A stretch of 64,000 nucleotides of DNA from an uncultured Methanosarcinaceae archaeon (GTDB lineage: Archaea; Halobacteriota; Methanosarcinia; Methanosarcinales; Methanosarcinaceae). Each line of letters starts with the position of its first letter. Position 1 is the stretch's first letter. The DNA is taken from positions 32,001 through 96,000 of the forward strand of contig CAWJYV010000002.1 of assembly GCA_963847185.1 (NCBI GenBank), read 5' to 3'. The notes below the pieces were generated by a model. It did no database searches. It was given only the letters and a program-made list of their open reading frames with translations, and was not told where the DNA came from. The position numbers and the translations under genes are program-made. Shown piece by piece: positions 11,613 through 21,312 of the stretch.

Positions 11613-14574
11613 TTATTCAAATTTAAAGTCACTTAATTCACAATTCCAGAACCAAGGCAAATCATCCAATGAAAAGCCAATAAAATCTTCGTCACGAGAA
11701 ATAACTCCTAGATTTTTAGCTTCTTCCCAATATAGCTCAACTTCTTCACAAAATTCCTGAAAGACTTCAGGGTAACATTTTAGAATTCCAATTAGCATAT
11801 AATTAACATTATTACTGTCATCCAATCCATGTTTCGTTCTAAAAATTGATGAAAATGCTATGTTAAATACATGCGACAAACAATTATCTATATGGTTGAT
11901 TAATAGTTTTATTGCCTTTAAAGAAGCATTATCTTTTGGTACTTTGCCATTTAGAAGTCTTTTAAAAAATGGATGGCGAGCATTGTAAATTACCCTATCA
12001 AAATCCTCAATAAAATTTGGCGGGTAAACAAAAAGTGGTGCCTTATCTAATAAATTACTATGCATTTGATAGGTGAACTCATTATGTGAAATGGAAAAAA
12101 TACCTTCATCTATTCTATCATTAGAAAATGCTTCAATTACTAATCCAGGAATGGAAGTAATGTAAAGTTCGGAAGAATTTCCTAAGATTCTATGTAAAAA
12201 CTCACTTCGTTGCTCTGCACCTTCGTCTTCATGCATCAAAAGAACTGTTTTTGCACCAACAAGGCGTCTAGCTTCATTTAATAAGATTGCATCAGGTATT
12301 TTCTTAGACCAGTCATTGAAGTAAGTAATTGCTAAACTTCTTGTTTTTATATTTTTTCATTGTATTATATACTCTTTGCCCATTATCCGAAATAGTTAAT
12401 AAAGGGACGTAGTTAGAAAAAAGCTTTTGCATGATATTTTCAAATTCTTCTTCTTTATAATCAAAGCCTAGTTCTGAGAATCCTTTAGATAAACTCAATA
12501 TATGATATTCCATCAGTTCATTAATATTTTTAACATATCCTTTAAATGAGTATGAATCTTTACTTGTTTCTAAATAGTTCTCTAGTTCTTCTAGAATACT
12601 TGATTGTATTTTACCAATTAGCTTTTTATACTTTTCATCCTCTACTAAATCCGACCTATTTGGTGATAAAGACAATTTAAAATTATCTGAAAGGTTTATT
12701 GACGCTTGAATACTATGAAATAATCTTTTAGGTAAGAGTTTTTGAGAAGGGATTGCAAATCCTCTCTGGGCAAAAATATTATCTCTATTTGGTGTAGGTT
12801 GAATAATTTGCAATTTACCTTTAATACCTTCTTTTTCGTCATCAAATATAATTTCAAAATATTTTTTCCCACTTTTTTGATCTTTATAATTTTTTCTTTC
12901 TCCTGGCAAATAAGGCTTATATGTCTCGATTTTCTCACTTGTCTCAATAACTATTGGGTACTCTATAAAAGGAGCAATCTCCGATATTTTTTCAACTAGT
13001 GATATGGAAGAGAAAGGATGATTAGATTTCAGCGATAGAGTTATTTTATTTCCAATGTAAACACGAGAAGACGGCCTTTGAACAAAATAATCATAAGCAG
13101 TTGGAATTTCAACGTTTATTGGGGCAGGTGGATTCAGTGGGTCGAGTGGCTTTCTTCTACTTTCGACTTTGAAACTGGAAGCTACCATAAAAACGGATAG
13201 AATACCTATTCCAAACTCACTAACTGGGTCAATTTCTATGCCGCTTGTGCGGCATTCTGAACTATTGTAGTAACTTCTTCCAATTTGCAAAAAATAGTTT
13301 TCGAAAATATCCTTATCCATTCCAATTCCATTATCTTCAATAATAAGTTCGTCACCTTTCAAAGTAATCTTAATGAATGGTGAGAATTGATTTCCTTCTT
13401 TCTTTTCCATTGATTCTCGGTAACGAACAGCATCTACTGAATTCTGCAAAAGTTCGCGGAGAGTTAAAGTAGGATCTCCATATAATCTCTCTCCCATTAA
13501 AAGATCAATAACTCGATGAAAATCAAGTTTAAAATGGAAATCAGAATAGATATATTCGCCATTAGATCTAATGTTCTCTTTTGTGACTGGTTTTAATAAA
13601 TCTAGCCTATATATTTCTGCTAAGTCATCTTTATAGCGTGACGTTAAAAGGATACTTTCTTTACGTTCGGTTTCTATCATGTCAATAAATTCACGAAGTG
13701 TACGTTCATAGATAGGATGTTCACATTCTGCTTCTATACTGATTTCTTTTTGAGATATTTTACATCCAATGATTGAGAGATGTTTATTCCACTCCTTGAC
13801 GCTTGTTTCATCCTTTGGATCAATAAAATCAAGTAGACATCTGGGTGTACGTTCTGGATCAAGATCTAAATTATCAGCTAAGCGAAGTATTACAGACAAA
13901 TACTGCACATTAACATTCTGATCTTTAACCAGAGCATCACGGCGCCAACGTCTTGTATCGTAAAGATCTCTTACGGGCAAACCGTGACTATCACATACTA
14001 CTTGAACTAATTTATAATATGGAACCCCTTTCCATGATATTGGTGTCTTTTTCAACCCATATTTTTCTTTGATTAGTTCATTAGAACGTTCTACATGTTT
14101 TCTACGGAGAAATTCAGTAAAAAGTTTATCTTCAATAAACGTTGCTAAACGATGATCTCCACTCTTTTTTGCTTTGTCAAGTTTAAAGCTTAATTCTTCA
14201 TTAGAAACGAGAAGCTTAGCAAATTCGGAATTATTCTTAATGATTTCTTCTCTTTCATCCTGTGAAGCTGTCATTCCTATATCATGAAGATATGCAGCGT
14301 AAATGAGTATAGACAGCTCGATAATGTTTAAGTGATCAAGCGTATCTGAGGGTATTATTTTTCCCATATGTTCAACTACTTTTGCACTATGGTTAGCATT
14401 ATGCAAAGTAAATTCAGGCATGTTTTCAGGAATTCTTTCAAGTAAAGGAGCTATCTCACGGATAACTGAGAATATATTTTCCGAAATTTCATGTTCTCCA
14501 AGCAAATCTTCTTTTTCAAGAAGCTGTTGAAACAGAACTGTTTTCTTCAATCTTTCAATAGCAGTTTCAGGCAT
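11613..14574 (-). CDS. HD-domain + Hsp90-like GHKL ATPase fusion of about 990 aa, split by one frameshift near 12355
   Basis: HD motifs FTLHNANHS, YLHDIGM, CDSHG and LRLADNLD; GHKL motifs LRELLQNSVDA, IEDNGIGM and SEFGIGILS. Removing one A from atgaaaaaat joins the 753-aa and 208-aa ORFs (MKNIKTRSLAITYFNDW...LMHEDEG). Confidence 0.85.
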
Positions 14575-14740
14575 TTACTTGCTCCATTACTGTTTGCGAT
14601 TCTTTTTGACATATTACCTGATTAATTTTTTGTTTTTATCTTGGAATGTTGATCACATTTCCACTTAATTTAAGTATATGCCGCCTGCTCCGCAGTCGTA
14701 TGGTAGACTGTTCTTAAGATTCATCGAAACTCAAACCGCC

Positions 14741-14876
14741 TCCATTTGGATTCGGTTAACGAATTTTATGCACAACTTCGGATACCACGTGTAGTGATTT
14801 TCCAAGAGAATTCTCTTAGATATTGCATAAAAATAGCATTTTTTGACTTTTTGTTCCTTAACCGAATCCAAATGGA
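14741..14876. mobile_element. MITE-like element (136 bp) with 19-bp perfect terminal inverted repeats
   Basis: tccatttggattcggttaa (14741-14759) is the reverse complement of ttaaccgaatccaaatgga (14858-14876). There is a further internal inverted pair, ttttatgca/tgcataaaa. Confidence 0.7.
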
Positions 14877-15419
14877 TGGCTATCAGGTCCTGCATTTGCT
14901 ATTTAAAATAATGGTTTTTCTGTTGTTGATTTCATACAATGGTTTATTGTATCCTGAAATATAGTGTTGTCATTTTTACTCGCATTTACTGTATCCCAAT
15001 AAACAGATAAACACCACCAGCTATCAACAATACGCGTATCAGCGTATCCGGTTCCCGATAATACACTATATCTACCTGTTTTCTTAACATAATGTCCAGT
15101 ATCTGGATCGGAAAGCCGTCCTGTTTCTTTTATTTTCTCATTGAACTTACTTGCCACTACAAATATAATTTCCCATTTATGTAGATTTATAATCAAGATC
15201 TATTTCCCAAGATACAAGTTCTTTTTTGAGAGTTTTACTCGTCTTTATTCATACAATCAAAATAAATATATCAAAGAGTTCTTGTACAGAAATTTATCAA
15301 AAGAAAGCTTCTGAAGAGCTGTTGATATTATAACAAGGTTTTTATATTTATCGAATATATAAATACGCACTGGTATGCTTAAGCATATCAGTTAAACGGC
15401 ATACGGGGGAGTAATTGAA

Positions 15420-16670
15420 ATGATTAAATTTGGAACAGTAAAGTCAGCGTTGCTAATGGCATTTATTGGAATGGTAATAATTGGAATGGTACAGCCCATT
15501 GCTGCGATGGGACAAAGTTCATCCAGTGAAATGGAACAGGATAATGAAAGAGATTCATATGAAGGGCAGGATTGCAAGGACTCTTCACATAATAAAACTA
15601 TGATGATGAAAGAGGGGTCCGAAAACGAAAAGATGATGCATTGTTGTATGATGCATGGTATGATGGGAGAAAGCTCAGAAAATAAGACTATGATGCATCA
15701 CTGCATGATGCATTGTATGATGCACGGTATGATGGGAGAAAGCTCAGAAAATAAAACAATGATGCATGGTACGATGGAAGAGAAAGCAGCTAACGAAAGC
15801 TGTTGCATGGCTAAAATGGATGAAAATGCCAGTATGGAACAGACCGAGAATGAATGCGCCATTTTCTGGCTGAAACAGGCCATTGAGCTGCACAAGATGC
15901 ATCTTGAGAATCCTAGCATGGCGACCAATGAATCTCAGATAGAACTTATGAATCAGATGAAGCAGGCCTACAAGCTCATCCCAGGAGAAAGCGCGGCTAT
16001 GGGAATGCTGTGTCCATCCAATGAAAGTATGGCAATGGGAGAGAAATTAACCAAAAAAGAGAAAATGGACTGTATGATGGGAGAGAAGTCGGGCAAAAAA
16101 GAGAAGATGGAATCCATGATGACGGAAGGGAAAGAAGCTAAAGAAGAGAAGATGGAATCCATGATGATGGAAGGGAAAGAAGCTAAAGAAGAGAAAATGG
16201 AATCCATGATGGAAGGAAAAGAAGCTAAAAAAGAGAAAATGGAATCCATGATGATGGGGGGGGAAGCAGCTAACGATAGCTGTTGCATGGCTAAAATGGA
16301 TCAGAATACAAGTATGATTCAGGCCAGGATGGACTGTGCCTGTTTCTGGCTGAAACAAGCCGTTGAGTTGCACAAAATGCATTTAGAGAATCCAAGTATG
16401 GCAACCAATGAATCTCAAATAAAGATGATGTGTCAGATGATAAAAGCCTACGAGTTGATTGTAGGAGAAAAAATGACTATGGAGTTGACGGATGAAACAA
16501 TGAATGATGAGTTAGAAGGATGGATGAATGAAACGGAAGAAGACCGGTTGGCAGAATGGACGAACAAAACAGAAGACGAAAAGTCAGAAGAATGGATGAG
16601 TGCAGCAGTAGATATCGAGTCTACAAAATCAATGGATACAAAAGCAAGCAATGAATCTTCAGCATGTTAA
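15420..16670 (+). CDS. Secreted Met/Cys/His-rich repeat protein, candidate metal-binding protein
   Basis: Signal peptide ending QPIAA; a gggggagt RBS; MHCCMMHGMMG and KEEKMESMMMEG repeats; a duplicated ~68-aa domain (AANESCCMAKMD...FWLKQAIELHKMHLENPSMATNESQ). Confidence 0.8.
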   Translation: MIKFGTVKSALLMAFIGMVIIGMVQPIAAMGQSSSSEMEQDNERDSYEGQDCKDSSHNKTMMMKEGSENEKMMHCCMMHGMMGESSENKTMMHHCMMHCMMHGMMGESSENKTMMHGTMEEKAANESCCMAKMDENASMEQTENECAIFWLKQAIELHKMHLENPSMATNESQIELMNQMKQAYKLIPGESAAMGMLCPSNESMAMGEKLTKKEKMDCMMGEKSGKKEKMESMMTEGKEAKEEKMESMMMEGKEAKEEKMESMMEGKEAKKEKMESMMMGGEAANDSCCMAKMDQNTSMIQARMDCACFWLKQAVELHKMHLENPSMATNESQIKMMCQMIKAYELIVGEKMTMELTDETMNDELEGWMNETEEDRLAEWTNKTEDEKSEEWMSAAVDIESTKSMDTKASNESSAC

Positions 16671-16990
16671 GAGGTTATCAGCACACATAATAAGATAAAA
16701 TAACTCGTAATTAGAAAATAGGGTTTTTCCTACTTTTATTTTTTAGCTGCTTGTACGAGCATACTAATCAAGTGATTGTCAGATAAGCTCAGTACAAATT
16801 TAGGGATACCGACAGTTTAGATTAGCCTGTATTGGTCGATCTAATGAGATAAGGTCTATGGTTGAACACCGGAAAATACGGAAAATATTGTCAGAGAGTT
16901 AAAAAGAGAAATAATAAGTGAAATTCTTTCTGGCAAGAGCCACAAACACTGCATAGATCAATAAAACATGAGAATATAGGGGGAAACATT

Positions 16991-17200
16991 ATGGAAACTG
17001 GAAGTAAAGCAGAAGCCGCTCCTATGGAAATGCAGAAGATGTTAAAAGGTATAAACTATCCTGCAAAGAGGAGTGATATTATAGGGCAAGCAAAGAAGAG
17101 TGGCGCAATGAATGTTGTGCTATTGCAGAAGCTTGGTATGCTTCAAGATAAGGAATACGCCAGTGCTGAGGAAGTTCTCAAAGAACTTGAAAAAAGATAA
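16991..17200 (+). CDS. DUF2795-like small protein
   Basis: The pattern LKGINYPAKRSDII...AKKSGA...LQDKEYASAEEV is typical of DUF2795; good RBS. Confidence 0.8.
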   Translation: METGSKAEAAPMEMQKMLKGINYPAKRSDIIGQAKKSGAMNVVLLQKLGMLQDKEYASAEEVLKELEKR

Positions 17201-17489
17201 ATTTGTTCTTAATCAAATAGCTCTGGCCAGTGACTGTACTCAACTTTATAATTTGGATTGGGAAACTCAATATAACTGGATGTATAGCAGGCGATTGGAC
17301 TATTATTAGATCAGGCACAAGGGGGCTCGTCGAAAGTTCAAAAGCAGATTTGGAGAAGCTTCTTAAGGATGGGAATGTGTTAACATCACTTAAATAAATA
17401 CACGTAGCCAGTCCCTCGGTAGCTAATCATTTTTAAGCAGATCTGCACTACCTTTCTTTTTTACTGCACTATTTTTCAATCGATTTTCA

Positions 17490-17561
17490 AGTCAGAAGTG
17501 AGAATCGAACTCACATAATTCCGGGTTGCAGCCGGAAGCATAGCCACTCTGCCATTCTGAC
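17490..17561 (-). tRNA. tRNA-Cys(GCA), divergent and AT-rich, no encoded CCA
   Basis: Minus-strand sequence GTCAGAA TG GCAGAGTGGCTATGC T TCCGG CTGCAAC CCGGA ATTAT GTGAG TTCGATT CTCAC TTCTGAC T. It has a perfect 7-bp acceptor stem, 5-bp anticodon and T stems, a GCA anticodon and a U73 discriminator. Confidence 0.9.
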
Positions 17562-17756
17562 ACATATCCAGTTTATACATTCGTGTAGCAGATATTTTAT
17601 TATTGTCAGAACTATATTTAGTATTGCTAATCAGTAGAAGAGTTACTTTGATTGTGGATAGGCAAATTCTCGTATTAAAGAAAAATTCGTTGAAGATGAG
17701 TTTTTTTAACAAAAATATTATAAAATAATGCACATAATAAACATAATTTTAGATTT

Positions 17757-17981
17757 ATGTCGAAAAGATCTGATCTCATTATAATAGATTCATGCTCTAA
17801 GTTGTACTTTAGGAGGAGGCCTGTAAATCAGGCAAGCTTTGTAGAAAAAGCGGCCCTGGTTACTGCCTTATTGCTAGATTTGGTGATCCTATTTGCGCTA
17901 AGATTTATGTTGGAACCTTCACTTGACATAAATTTAGTTTCAGAGCAAGAACCAGATCCAGTTATGGTAACTGAAATATGA
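17757..17981 (+). CDS. Small hypothetical protein with one TM helix
   Basis: Hydrophobic stretch AALVTALLLDLVILFAL; the start is uncertain. Confidence 0.35.
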   Translation: MSKRSDLIIIDSCSKLYFRRRPVNQASFVEKAALVTALLLDLVILFALRFMLEPSLDINLVSEQEPDPVMVTEI

Positions 17982-18091
17982 GGAACTTTGAAAAAAGGCA
18001 CTATTAGGGGGGGGTTTAAATTAATAAAGAATTAAAGCGAAGTCAACAGACATCAGATAAAAAGATATCGGATATATACACAGGTCTACTT

Positions 18092-18994
18092 TTGCTTTTA
18101 ATTATTGGTGGCATTGCTCTGGCGTACGAAAACTGGATAGGCCATGCCCTGATAGCTATCATAAGCCTGATGCTGATAATTTATGTTATTACTACCGGTG
18201 CCATGCTTAGAGGAAGGATAAAAAGAAGTCCAAGAAATATCTTTAAACTTCATAGAAGGAGTGGCATTTACTTTGGAGCTTTCATCCTGGGATTATTCAG
18301 CTATGGTTTGTCGATGAGGCTACATCATGGAGAAGCAATACTATCCTCTGTTCACGGAAAACTGGGGCTGATTATCCTTCTCATTGTAATTATTCAGGTT
18401 ATCCCAAGTCTGATTTTAAAAAATAGAGACAGGTATAGAGGATTGCACAAAATAGCGGGATACACTCTGGCGCCAATTATATTCATTAACGCAAGTTGGG
18501 GCCTGTACAATGGTGTAATTGTCGGAACAAAGAACGTGGTTCTCTTTCATTCCATCTCTGGAGGCCTGGTTGCCCTTGTTCTTGTCTGGGTACTTCTAGA
18601 AATTAGATATCCAATAGACAGGTCACTAACCAGAGTCAGGATAGCAAGTTATCTTTCAACACTTCTGGTAACCGCTGGGTGCTGGATAGGGGGAGGCTAT
18701 AACTATTTAACGTCCTATGGTTCCGAAGTAAAACCCGTAATTCTGGCAGGTCCTTCTCCCTGGGCGCACGAGATTATAATGGAGGCAAAAGAGCACATTT
18801 TTGTCTTTCTGCCTATAATCGCACTCACCCTGTCAATTACTCTATCCATTTTCGACAGAGATTCTTTTCTGAGTGATGCTAAGCTCAGGCAAGCTCTTAC
18901 AATAATTGCGTTTCTGGCACTTTTCATGGTGCTGTTTATGTTCCTGATGGGAGCAATTATTTCAAACGCTGGACAGATTGGAACGGAGGCTTGA
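18092..18994 (+). CDS. Polytopic His-rich membrane protein with a cytochrome b561/DUF4079-like N-terminal half
   Basis: About 9 TM helices with His at GH, LHRRSG, SVHGKLG, GLHKIAG, FHSISG and WAHEIIMEAKEH. The frame stays open upstream to an ATT at 18020 behind a G-rich RBS. Confidence 0.7.
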   Translation: MLLIIGGIALAYENWIGHALIAIISLMLIIYVITTGAMLRGRIKRSPRNIFKLHRRSGIYFGAFILGLFSYGLSMRLHHGEAILSSVHGKLGLIILLIVIIQVIPSLILKNRDRYRGLHKIAGYTLAPIIFINASWGLYNGVIVGTKNVVLFHSISGGLVALVLVWVLLEIRYPIDRSLTRVRIASYLSTLLVTAGCWIGGGYNYLTSYGSEVKPVILAGPSPWAHEIIMEAKEHIFVFLPIIALTLSITLSIFDRDSFLSDAKLRQALTIIAFLALFMVLFMFLMGAIISNAGQIGTEA

Positions 18995-18995
18995 G

Positions 18996-19313
18996 ATGAA
19001 GAAATCAGCAACTTTCATCGCATCAGCTACAATTGCCGTATTTTTAACTGGCTGTATCATTATTGCCCATGATCGATCAGCCGATTTTAAACAATTTCTG
19101 GTAACACTTACGGGCCATCATTGGACATCAGTAAGCTTAATAATTATAGTACTATTTGTCTCATTTTCAGGGCTTCTGTTGGGTTCGAAGAGCGTAAGAA
19201 GAGCCCTGAGAGTGTATGATGTAAGGTTGTGGTCAACTGCTCTGATGTCCGTGACTCTACTCATGATGTTGGTAATCTTTGCTGAGTTAGTCGCTCGCTA
19301 CCTATCTGATTGA
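18996..19313 (+). CDS. Small membrane protein (3 TM, GHHW motif)
   Basis: ATG lies 1 nt after the previous stop; hydrophobic; motif TLTGHHWTSVS. Confidence 0.7.
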   Translation: MKKSATFIASATIAVFLTGCIIIAHDRSADFKQFLVTLTGHHWTSVSLIIIVLFVSFSGLLLGSKSVRRALRVYDVRLWSTALMSVTLLMMLVIFAELVARYLSD

Positions 19314-19832
19314 GATTCATGTGCAGGACCGAATCTGACAAAAACGACTTAATGCTATGAGTTTCTCATCAGGAAAAGTTACATCCCGCACTCAGCAGCC
19401 ATAATGCTACTGAGAATCACGGTTTTTCTTTATTGCTTTATGTTACTCTTTAATTATTTCGTTAATTATCACAGTTCAGGGCACATAGTCGTAAAGAACT
19501 TGAAAATTTACATTGAATGTAAACGTACTTTAACTTTACACTAGATGTAAAAATGCTAGAGATTTGGATGTGTCTCATCGGATACTCGGACAAGGCACAG
19601 GTAGATAACAGGCAGCATACCCAAAGCATGCAATGAAAAATTTTATCCCAAAGCTGGCGGGACAGGCAATAGAAATCGACAAAAAATTAAGAATGAACCG
19701 TGAAATCAAAAACTCAACACTAACTTGCTTCAATAATGATGGCTCAAATCAAGAAGCATGTCTATCGATATCAATCCCCTGCGATAGATGCAGAAGATAT
19801 TGTAAATGAGGATATTTTCTAATATTTCGACA

Positions 19833-20504
19833 TTACAACTTGCTATTTACCCCTTTCAATATTCTTCCAGCTCCACGTAATATGATTTCTTCCTTAATTA
19901 TTTTGATTTTATTTCTGCGAAGTAATGCTTCAAAGTCGTATTTAATAAAATTTTTGTAGTATTCGGATTCATAAAGAGCAATAATATGATAAATTAAAAA
20001 CTTACCAATCTTGTTTTTGGGTAAATAATAATCGACTATTATTATGGTTCCTTTTGGTTTGGTTACTCTGACCATCTCTTTCAAGACTTTTTCTCTTATA
20101 CTCAAAGGCATATCATGTAAAGCAAACGATACAGAAGAAATATCAAAACTATTATCCTCAAAGGGTAGTTTTGTTGCATCAGCGACTTCAAATCTCACAT
20201 TTCTTAATTTATTTTTCCTTTTAGCCACTTTAAGCATGGATTCGGAAAGGTCGATCCCGACAACTTCGTAATCATTTTTCGCAAATGCAAAGGCCTGTTG
20301 TCCAGTTCCCGCGGCAACGTCTAATATTTTGGAACCTTTCTGGGCATTTGTAAAATTAACTACTCTATCTCTGACACTGGAAAAAGGTACGACAATAGCA
20401 TCATAAAAAGGAGCCAGTATAGAAAACACCTTTCTTACAAGTAAGTAATACTCCTTTTCTTCATCAGTTAAGTTTTCTACCATAATTTCTCCCTCAACAA
20501 ACAT
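19833..20504 (-). CDS. Class I SAM-dependent methyltransferase (UbiE/COQ5-like)
   Basis: Motifs ILDVAAGTG, GIDLSESML, ADATKLPF and EMVRVTKPKG. Confidence 0.9.
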   Translation of the reverse strand: MFVEGEIMVENLTDEEKEYYLLVRKVFSILAPFYDAIVVPFSSVRDRVVNFTNAQKGSKILDVAAGTGQQAFAFAKNDYEVVGIDLSESMLKVAKRKNKLRNVRFEVADATKLPFEDNSFDISSVSFALHDMPLSIREKVLKEMVRVTKPKGTIIIVDYYLPKNKIGKFLIYHIIALYESEYYKNFIKYDFEALLRRNKIKIIKEEIILRGAGRILKGVNSKL

Positions 20505-20706
20505 TTAACGCTTTCATAGAAAATAGAACTAATCTCATTTGAAAACTTCAAATTTGCCGCTATAAATATATCCTAAAAATCAGTCTCATTAACTGAGTTT
20601 ACGCAAAGAATTTGTGGCAAACCGGACATATATTCGTTTAATCCTACAGTATTCCATAAAATTATTATGTCAAATCATTCAGTAAAAATTAGATGGAGAT
20701 CAAAAA

Positions 20707-20913
20707 ATGACTCAAGGAACCATAAAAGTTGAAGGCATGTCCTGCGGGCACTGCCAGATGGCGGTTAAGAAAGCAGTTGAGGCTGTGGAAGGGGTACAGA
20801 AAGCAGATGTGAACCTTCAGAACAAACAGGTAGTTGTTGAATACGACGAAGGGAAGGCAAACCTTGAAAAATTAAAGGCTGCGATTAAGGAAGCTGGGTA
20901 TGAACCCCTGTAA
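20707..20913 (+). CDS. copZ: Copper chaperone (HMA domain)
   Basis: GMSCGHC motif in a 68-aa protein upstream of CopA. Confidence 0.92.
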   Translation: MTQGTIKVEGMSCGHCQMAVKKAVEAVEGVQKADVNLQNKQVVVEYDEGKANLEKLKAAIKEAGYEPL

Positions 20914-21033
20914 TAGGCGATCTTACTCACAGTGACATTATTTCCAATAGTTTTTAAAGGATTATATACTAAAAATTACAGATTTTATCATATGGGTAAA
21001 GTGCTTTTCAAAAAAAGAGCTGCTTTTGCGGGG

Positions 21034-21287
21034 GTGAACATATCGGGGAGACAACATTCATAGTAGACGACATGGTCTGCAGGTACTGCAAGGACATGAT
21101 TACCAGGCTCGTTTCCTCTATCAACGGGGTTTCACGAGTAAACATAAGTATTCCTGACAGGACAATAAATGTAGCCTATGACAGTCGGATAACTGATGCA
21201 TATGTCATACGGATGACCCTGATTAAAGATGGGTATAAAAATATAAAAGAGCCCGATAAAATACTATTAAAAGCCGGGCAGTCCTGA
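21034..21287 (+). CDS. Second stand-alone HMA-domain protein; N-terminus apparently frameshifted
   Basis: The ORF frame extends upstream as ETTFIVDDMVCRYC, giving an MxCxxC motif. GTG 21034 joins this frame if one G is added to the gggg run near 21045. Confidence 0.7.
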
Positions 21288-21312
21288 AAAATCTGGATAG
21301 GCGGCACATCCG

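Noticed and set aside
14903-15196. 97-aa minus-strand ORF
   Set aside because: No recognisable motif or convincing start; it may be a gene fragment but I cannot support a call.
15698-16651. Repetitive minus-strand ORFs, including HHHGFH repeats
   Set aside because: They are antisense readings of the Met-rich repeat gene, which has the RBS and signal peptide.
17476-17733. 85-aa minus-strand ORF in the track
   Set aside because: It overlaps the tRNA-Cys cloverleaf on the same strand and has no protein-like features.
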